Source: an uncultured delta proteobacterium (GTDB lineage Bacteria > Myxococcota_A > UBA9160 > UBA4427). From it: a DNA stretch of 64,000 nt. This document shows, one piece after another, positions 58,960 to 64,000 of the stretch. Positions within the stretch are counted from its first letter, which is position 1. Each line of letters starts with the position of its first letter. Below the pieces are notes generated by a model that saw nothing but the letters and a program-made list of their open reading frames with translations, made no database searches and was not told where the DNA came from. The stretch spans positions 896,001 to 960,000 of the forward strand of contig CAWGJT010000010.1 of the NCBI GenBank assembly GCA_963822965.1, given 5' to 3'. The position numbers and the translations under genes were made by a program.

Positions 58960-60029
58960 TCACGCGATCCACATGGCGTCGCCGTAGGAGAAGAAGCGAT
59001 AGCCCCGGTCGACGGCCTCGCGATAGGCGGCGAGCACGGAGTCGCGCCCCGCGAAGGCGGCGACGAGCAGGAGCAGCGACGAGCGCGGCAGGTGGAAGTT
59101 CGTGAGCAGCGCGTCCACCACGCGGAAGCGGCCCCCCGGCCGCAGGAAGAGGCGGGTCTCGCCTTCCCCCGGCTCGACGCGCCCCGCCTCCCGCGCCCGG
59201 GCCTCGAGCACGCGCGTCGTCGTGGTGCCGACGGCCACCACCCGGCCGCCACGCTGCCGGGTCTCGTCGATGGCCCGTGCGGTCTCGCGGGCAGCTCGAA
59301 GCGCTCGGCGTGGAGGCGACCGGTCTGCAGCTGCTCGTCCCGGAGCGGCTTGAAGGTGCCGGCGCCCACGTGGAGCACCACCTCGGCTCGGCGGACACCG
59401 GTGCGCTCGATCGCCGCCAGCAGCGATTCGCCGAGGTGCAGGCCGGCGGTGGGCGCCGCGACGGCGCCCGGCACCCGGGCAAAGACGGTCTGGTAGCGCT
59501 CGCGGTCGAGGGCTTCGGGGGCCTGCGCCTCGCCCCGACGCTCGATGTAGGGCGGCAGCGGCGGGCGACCCACGCGGTAGGGATCCGCGCCGGGCGGGAA
59601 GGCGAGCAGCACCTCCCCGTCGTCGCACAGCTCGACGATCTCGCTCTCGACCGAGCCGGTCCCGGGCTCGTCGTGGAACACGAGCTTGATGCCCGGGCGC
59701 AGCCGGCCCGAGATCTTCAGGAAGGCGCGGTAGCGGGTGGATGCCTCGCGCGCCGCGTCGGGTGCCGGGGCGAGCAGCAGCGCCTCGGCCGCGCCCCCGC
59801 TCTCGCGCCGGCCGACGAGCTTCGCCGGCAGCACGCGCGTCGCGTTCACCACCAGCAGGTCGTCGGGGCGGAGCAGGCGGGGCAGGGCGCGAATCGAGTC
59901 GTGCCGCACGGCGCCGCTCTTCCGATCGAGACACAGCAGCTTCGAGTCGTCGCGGCGGGGCAGCGGCGCCTGCGCGATGCGGTCCGGGGGAAGCGCGAAG
60001 TCGTAGCGGTCGAGGTCGAGCTCGCTCAC
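58960..60029 (-). CDS. queA: SAM:tRNA ribosyltransferase-isomerase (one frameshift near 59285)
   Basis: YDF.LP...[51 protein letters not shown]. Confidence 0.95.
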
Positions 60030-61384
60030 GGGCTCGCTCCGCCAGCGCCCGGGTCGGGAGCAGCGGGTGCGGCCGGCGTCCGGGGGGCGTCCGCGCGCAG
60101 CGCGGCCAGCAGGGCCGGCGTCTCCAGCAGGGCGTCGTAGGAGAAGAGGGCCTCGCCGGCACTCCCCGCGGCGCGAATCGTCTCGAGCTGGGCCAGGGCG
60201 CGTCGGGGGTTGCGGGCGAAGAGCCAGGTGCCCGTGCCCATCCAGATCCGCGCATGCTGGGGCAGGGCGGCGAACGACTCCACCTGGTAGCGGAAGAGAC
60301 GGTCGTCGAGCGTGTAGATCATGGGCACCGCGAAGTCGAGGAGCCCGTCCTCGATCCAGCCGCGCCAGTCCTGGGCCAGGCTCAGGTAGGCGCGGTCCGC
60401 ATAGGCGATGACCGCGGCCGAGACGAGCAGGTCGGCGTGGTTCGCGAGCACGGCGCGTCGGATCTCGCGCACCAGCGCGGTCACCTGGTCGCGCCGCCAG
60501 TCGTCCCAGGCGTTCTCGTGGGTGAGCGGGCTCGTGTTCGGGTCCGCGGGATTCCCGTAGGGTCCGTTCAGTCCCGTCTCCGCCCGGAAGCGATTGCGGC
60601 TGGCCTGGCCGTAGCCGAAGTCGAGCCCGACGCCGAAGCGGGAGCCCGGCGCGAAGGGCAGGACGCCGGGGTAGCGGATGTAGTCGAGGTGGAGCCCGTC
60701 GAGATCGGGGTAGCGGTCGACCAGCTCGACGAAGGTGGCCACCAGCCGCTCGCGGACCCCCGGCGCCGCCGGATCGAGGTACAGGCCCGGGGTTCCCATG
60801 CGGTACCAGGCGCGGTCCGGGCTCGGAAGCTCGCCGCCGGGATAGTCGAGCAGCGAGCGGCCACGGCGATCGACCAGCACCGCCTCGTCGCCCAGGTCGC
60901 GCACGATCGGCGCCTCGCGGTTCTGGTTGAGCGACAGCACGTTCACCCAGGCGTGCACGCGCAGGCCGGCGGCGTGGGCGGCGTCGAGCATGCGACGCAG
61001 GGGATCCCCGCCCGTGCGCTCGACGATGGCGCGGTAGGGGGTCGCGTCCGCCAGGCTCGCGTCGTACCAGGCGCGCCCGCTGCGATAGACCTGGACGAAC
61101 AGGTCGGTCGCACCGACCTCGCGGGCGTGGGTGACGAGGGCGTCGATGCGCCCGGGCTCGTCGAGGGTCTGCGCCGAGCCTTCGCACAGCACCCACAAGG
61201 CGCGGAACGTCGGGGGCGGAGGCGCTGCGACCGGGGCGGGCGGGGCGTCGGCGGAAGGGGGCGCAGGTCGATCGCAGCCCGCGATCGTCGAGCAGAGGCA
61301 GGCGACGACCAGGGGGAGCCACGGGTGGGCAAGGGCCGCGCTCAAGTGGCGCCGCGAGCGGGCGATGGAGAGAGCTGTGCGCAA
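60026..61384 (-). CDS. Glycoside hydrolase family 10-like (GHL10/YddW-type) lipoprotein; start uncertain
   Basis: [40 protein letters not shown]. Confidence 0.85.
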   Translation of the reverse strand: MRTALSIARSRRHLSAALAHPWLPLVVACLCSTIAGCDRPAPPSADAPPAPVAAPPPPTFRALWVLCEGSAQTLDEPGRIDALVTHAREVGATDLFVQVYRSGRAWYDASLADATPYRAIVERTGGDPLRRMLDAAHAAGLRVHAWVNVLSLNQNREAPIVRDLGDEAVLVDRRGRSLLDYPGGELPSPDRAWYRMGTPGLYLDPAAPGVRERLVATFVELVDRYPDLDGLHLDYIRYPGVLPFAPGSRFGVGLDFGYGQASRNRFRAETGLNGPYGNPADPNTSPLTHENAWDDWRRDQVTALVREIRRAVLANHADLLVSAAVIAYADRAYLSLAQDWRGWIEDGLLDFAVPMIYTLDDRLFRYQVESFAALPQHARIWMGTGTWLFARNPRRALAQLETIRAAGSAGEALFSYDALLETPALLAALRADAPRTPAAPAAPDPGAGGASP

Positions 61385-61558
61385 AGCGCGGGAACCCTAC
61401 CGGAGGGCCCGAGGGGGAACAAACCGCCCGGGCGCCGAAGCCGTCGAGGACGTCGCGATTTGGAGACGGGAGCCCGCTCGTACAAACTGCTGGGACGCCT
61501 CAGGCTTCGCGGGACCCGATCATCTGGTCCCCCGAAGCCCGCAAGAGCCGGGAGAGGA

Positions 61559-63733
61559 GTGCAGCGCATCGACCCGCGAGTCTCGGTCGGACGGGGTGAC
61601 CGCTGCCCCGATCGCGTACGCCCGGGCGCACGCTGGGGGGTGCCCTGCGTCGCTCTAGCGCTGTGCCTGCAGCTCGTCGCATGGCCGGCGACCGACGGGC
61701 AGGCGGCTCGCCTGGGGCCGCCCGAGGGCAGCAGCGGCTGGCTGGAGGCGCAGAAGCTCCTGGAGCGTGCCGGACCGGCCCTGGCGGCGGCCGCCGACGC
61801 CTGGAAGCGCGGGCGATCGCCTGCGCGCCGAGTGGCTGCTCTCCGAGGTGTCGCTGCGGCATCCGGTGATCGGCGACTACGCGGACTGGATGCGCGCCCG
61901 GGTGGTGCTCGAGCTCGAGCGGCCGCAGGACGCCGACGGCGTGGTCGAGACCGCACTGGCGAGCCATCCCGATTCGCCCCATCCGCGACGAGCTGCTGGC
62001 GGTGCAGGGCGACGCCAAGGCCGGTCTCCAGGACGAGGAGGCCGCGCGGCGGATCTGGCGCGTCGCCCTCGACGAGAGCCGCGACGGCGACCTGCGCGCC
62101 CGCCTGCTGCTCTCGACCGCGAGATCCCAGGAGCGAAGCGGCGACGAGCCGGCTGCCATCCAGACCCTCCGGGCCGTCTGGCACCGCTATCCGCTCAGCG
62201 AGGAGGCACGGGCCGCGGACGCGCGACTCGCAGAGCTCGAGGCCAGCCGGGGCGTGCCGCTGCGGACCGCCATGGACTGGAGCCGCCGCGCGGACAGCCT
62301 GTACCGCGCGCGCCGCAATCCCGAGGCGCTCGAGGCCTACGACCGGGCCCTCGAGCGTGGGCTCTCGCAGTCCCAGCGAGCCCGCGCCCTGCGGCGGCGC
62401 GCCCAGACGCTGTTCCGCATGCGCAGCTATCCCGCCGCCGTCGAGGCGTTCGGCGCCTTGCCGCAGACCAACGACGTGCCGATCTGGTATGCCCGCTCCC
62501 TGGCGCGGGCCCATCGGGTCCCCGAGGCCATCGCACACTTCGAAGAGCTCGGCAGCCAGCGCCGGGGCTCGAACGCCCTGCGCGCCCGCTTCCTCGCGGC
62601 GTTGCTGCTCGAGGGGCGGGGACAGACCGAGCGCGCACGCAGCTACCTCGAGAGCCTCGTGCAGGCGCGCGGAGCGCACGGCCGTGCGTCACGCGGCCCT
62701 CTGGCGCCTGGGGTGGGGTGCGTTCGAAGAAGGGCGCTACGCGGAGGCCATCCAGGCGATCGAGCAGCTGCTGCGCGAGGACCAGCGCGATCCGATCGGC
62801 CGGCTCCGCTCTCGCTACTGGCGTGCGCGAGCCCTCGAGCAGCTGGGCCGCGAAGGACCGGACTCGACCGCGGTCCAGCACGCGCTGAGCGAGTACGAAG
62901 CCATCGCGCAGGAGTTTCCGCTCACCTACTACGGCTGGCGCGCACGCATGCGGCTGCCCGAAGAGGTGCGCACGCGCGTGGACGCGCCGCCGCCGCCTTC
63001 GGAGGTTCCCGTGCCGGGCAAGCTCCAGCTCGCCGACGATCAGATCGCACGGGTGCGCATCCTGCTGGAGGCGGGCTTCGTCGACGACGCCCTCGAGGAG
63101 CTGTCCCGGGCCGCGCGGCGTGCGGGCAGCCTGGCGGATCGGCTGGCGCTCGCGGAGCTCTTCCGCAGCGCCGGCAGCTTCCAGGGCGCCCAGCGGCTGA
63201 TGATCGACCCGTATCCCGTGACGCTGGCCCGGGGACCGTCCCCGACCTTCGAGGAGCTGTGGTGGCACGCCTTTCCGGCCGCCTTCCTGGACCTCGTCGA
63301 GCAGGCGACGGCCGCGCCTGGCAGCGTCGACCCCGCGCTGGTCTTCTCGATCATGCGCGAGGAGAGCGGCTTCCGCCCCGAGGTGGTCTCTCCCGTCGGT
63401 GCGCGGGGCCTGCTCCAGATCATGGAGCCGACCGGGGCGCGTCTGGCCCAGGCGGTGGGCCACCCGAACTTCACCGCGGACGACCTCTTCGAGCCGCGCG
63501 TGAACATCCGCCTGGGCTCCTACTACCTGGGCGAGCTGTCGGACCAGTTCGACGGGCGGCTCTCGGCGGCCATCGCCAGCTACAACGCCGGGCCCGAGGT
63601 GGTCTCCCGCTGGCTGCACGACCGTCCCGACGTGGAGGACGACGTCTGGGTCGAGGCCATCCCCTACGAGCAGACCCGCAGCTACGTGAAGCGCGTGCTG
63701 CGCAGCCTCCAGGCCTACCGGCTGCTCTACTGA
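61559..63733 (+). CDS. TPR-containing soluble lytic transglycosylase (frameshifted)
   Basis: IMREESGF....SPVGARGLLQIM, ASYNAG, IPY.QTR.YVKRV; TPR-like repeats. Confidence 0.88.
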   Translation: MQRIDPRVSVGRGDRCPDRVRPGARWGVPCVALALCLQLVAWPATDGQAARLGPPEGSSGWLEAQKLLERAGPALAAAADAWKRGRSPARRVAALRGVAAASGDRRLRGLDARPGGARARAAAGRRRRGRDRTGEPSRFAPSATSCWRCRATPRPVSRTRRPRGGSGASPSTRAATATCAPACCSRPRDPRSEAATSRLPSRPSGPSGTAIRSARRHGPRTRDSQSSRPAGACRCGPPWTGAAARTACTARAAIPRRSRPTTGPSSVGSRSPSEPAPCGGAPRRCSACAAIPPPSRRSAPCRRPTTCRSGMPAPWRGPIGSPRPSHTSKSSAASAGARTPCAPASSRRCCSRGGDRPSAHAATSRASCRRAERTAVRHAALWRLGWGAFEEGRYAEAIQAIEQLLREDQRDPIGRLRSRYWRARALEQLGREGPDSTAVQHALSEYEAIAQEFPLTYYGWRARMRLPEEVRTRVDAPPPPSEVPVPGKLQLADDQIARVRILLEAGFVDDALEELSRAARRAGSLADRLALAELFRSAGSFQGAQRLMIDPYPVTLARGPSPTFEELWWHAFPAAFLDLVEQATAAPGSVDPALVFSIMREESGFRPEVVSPVGARGLLQIMEPTGARLAQAVGHPNFTADDLFEPRVNIRLGSYYLGELSDQFDGRLSAAIASYNAGPEVVSRWLHDRPDVEDDVWVEAIPYEQTRSYVKRVLRSLQAYRLLY

Positions 63734-63852
63734 GCGCGAGACCAGGTACCCGCCGGCCGGACGGGGATCCCAGGGCCTCTCCCGGGGTGGGGCTCGAGTC
63801 TCGGCGACGATTGCCGATGAGAGGGGAGAATCCGCACCCGAGGAGATTCGGC

Positions 63853-64000
63853 ATGCCCGGGATCGCACCCGCCGCGCGGGGCCGCCGCCAGCGCGGCAAC
63901 ACCATCCTGGTGGCTCTGGCGTTGCTGCTCGTCATCGCCTTCGGCCTGGGGCTCAACTACGTCCGCAACACCAGGATCGACCAGCAGGAAGAGAAGAAGC
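63853..64000 (+). CDS. Partial membrane-anchored protein (pilin-like leader), runs off the window
   Basis: RBS AGGAG; RRQRG followed by a hydrophobic stretch. Confidence 0.5.
   Translation, partial: MPGIAPAARGRRQRGNTILVALALLLVIAFGLGLNYVRNTRIDQQEEKK

Noticed and set aside
55922..63733. Frameshifts in MCP, tgt, queA and slt as pseudogenes or programmed frameshifts
   Set aside because: Many single-base indels in GC runs across conserved genes with intact motifs; best explained by long-read errors
57444..63733. 1292-aa and 1330-aa ORFs as giant proteins
   Set aside because: Chimeras of off-frame or antisense sequence with parts of queA, tgt and slt, caused by high GC and indels

Overview
GC-rich bacterial DNA. 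The response-regulator-PilZ protein, MCP, PEP-CTERM remnant and TPR-lytic transglycosylase fit a Myxococcota/deltaproteobacterial-type genome (inference). Scattered 1-bp indels also break core genes (tgt, queA, slt), which points to long-read errors. The window has three parts. (1) 1-6500: a pyrrolysine-free MtmB-like methyltransferase with its corrinoid protein, a divergent Hcp-like gene coupled to a TSP3-repeat secreted protein, and a cation/H+ antiporter-CBS pair. (2) ~6512-51931: a ~45 kb accessory catabolic region between an intact initiator tRNA-Met (51932-52008, minus) and a degenerate copy of its 3' end at 6512-6538, probably an integrase-less genomic island. It holds 3 cytochromes P450, 7 amidohydrolase genes (one truncated), 4 enoyl-CoA hydratases, acyl-CoA ligases and dehydrogenase, 2 LLM oxidoreductases, TauD, an IS481 element and an IS110-like left-end remnant. 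(3) 52009-64000: core-type genes (ROK kinase, MCP, tgt, queA, GHL10, SLT). The ORF track misses two main things. First, three UGA-recoded selenoprotein genes, each followed by a GT-apex SECIS-like hairpin 11-12 nt after the UGA: a Prx-like fusion (UPPC), a UGSC-family protein, and a PrdB/GrdB-like protein with an unusual UPLD motif. Second, three related, co-oriented tRNA-Arg(UCG)-derived fragments, each at a convergent gene junction.
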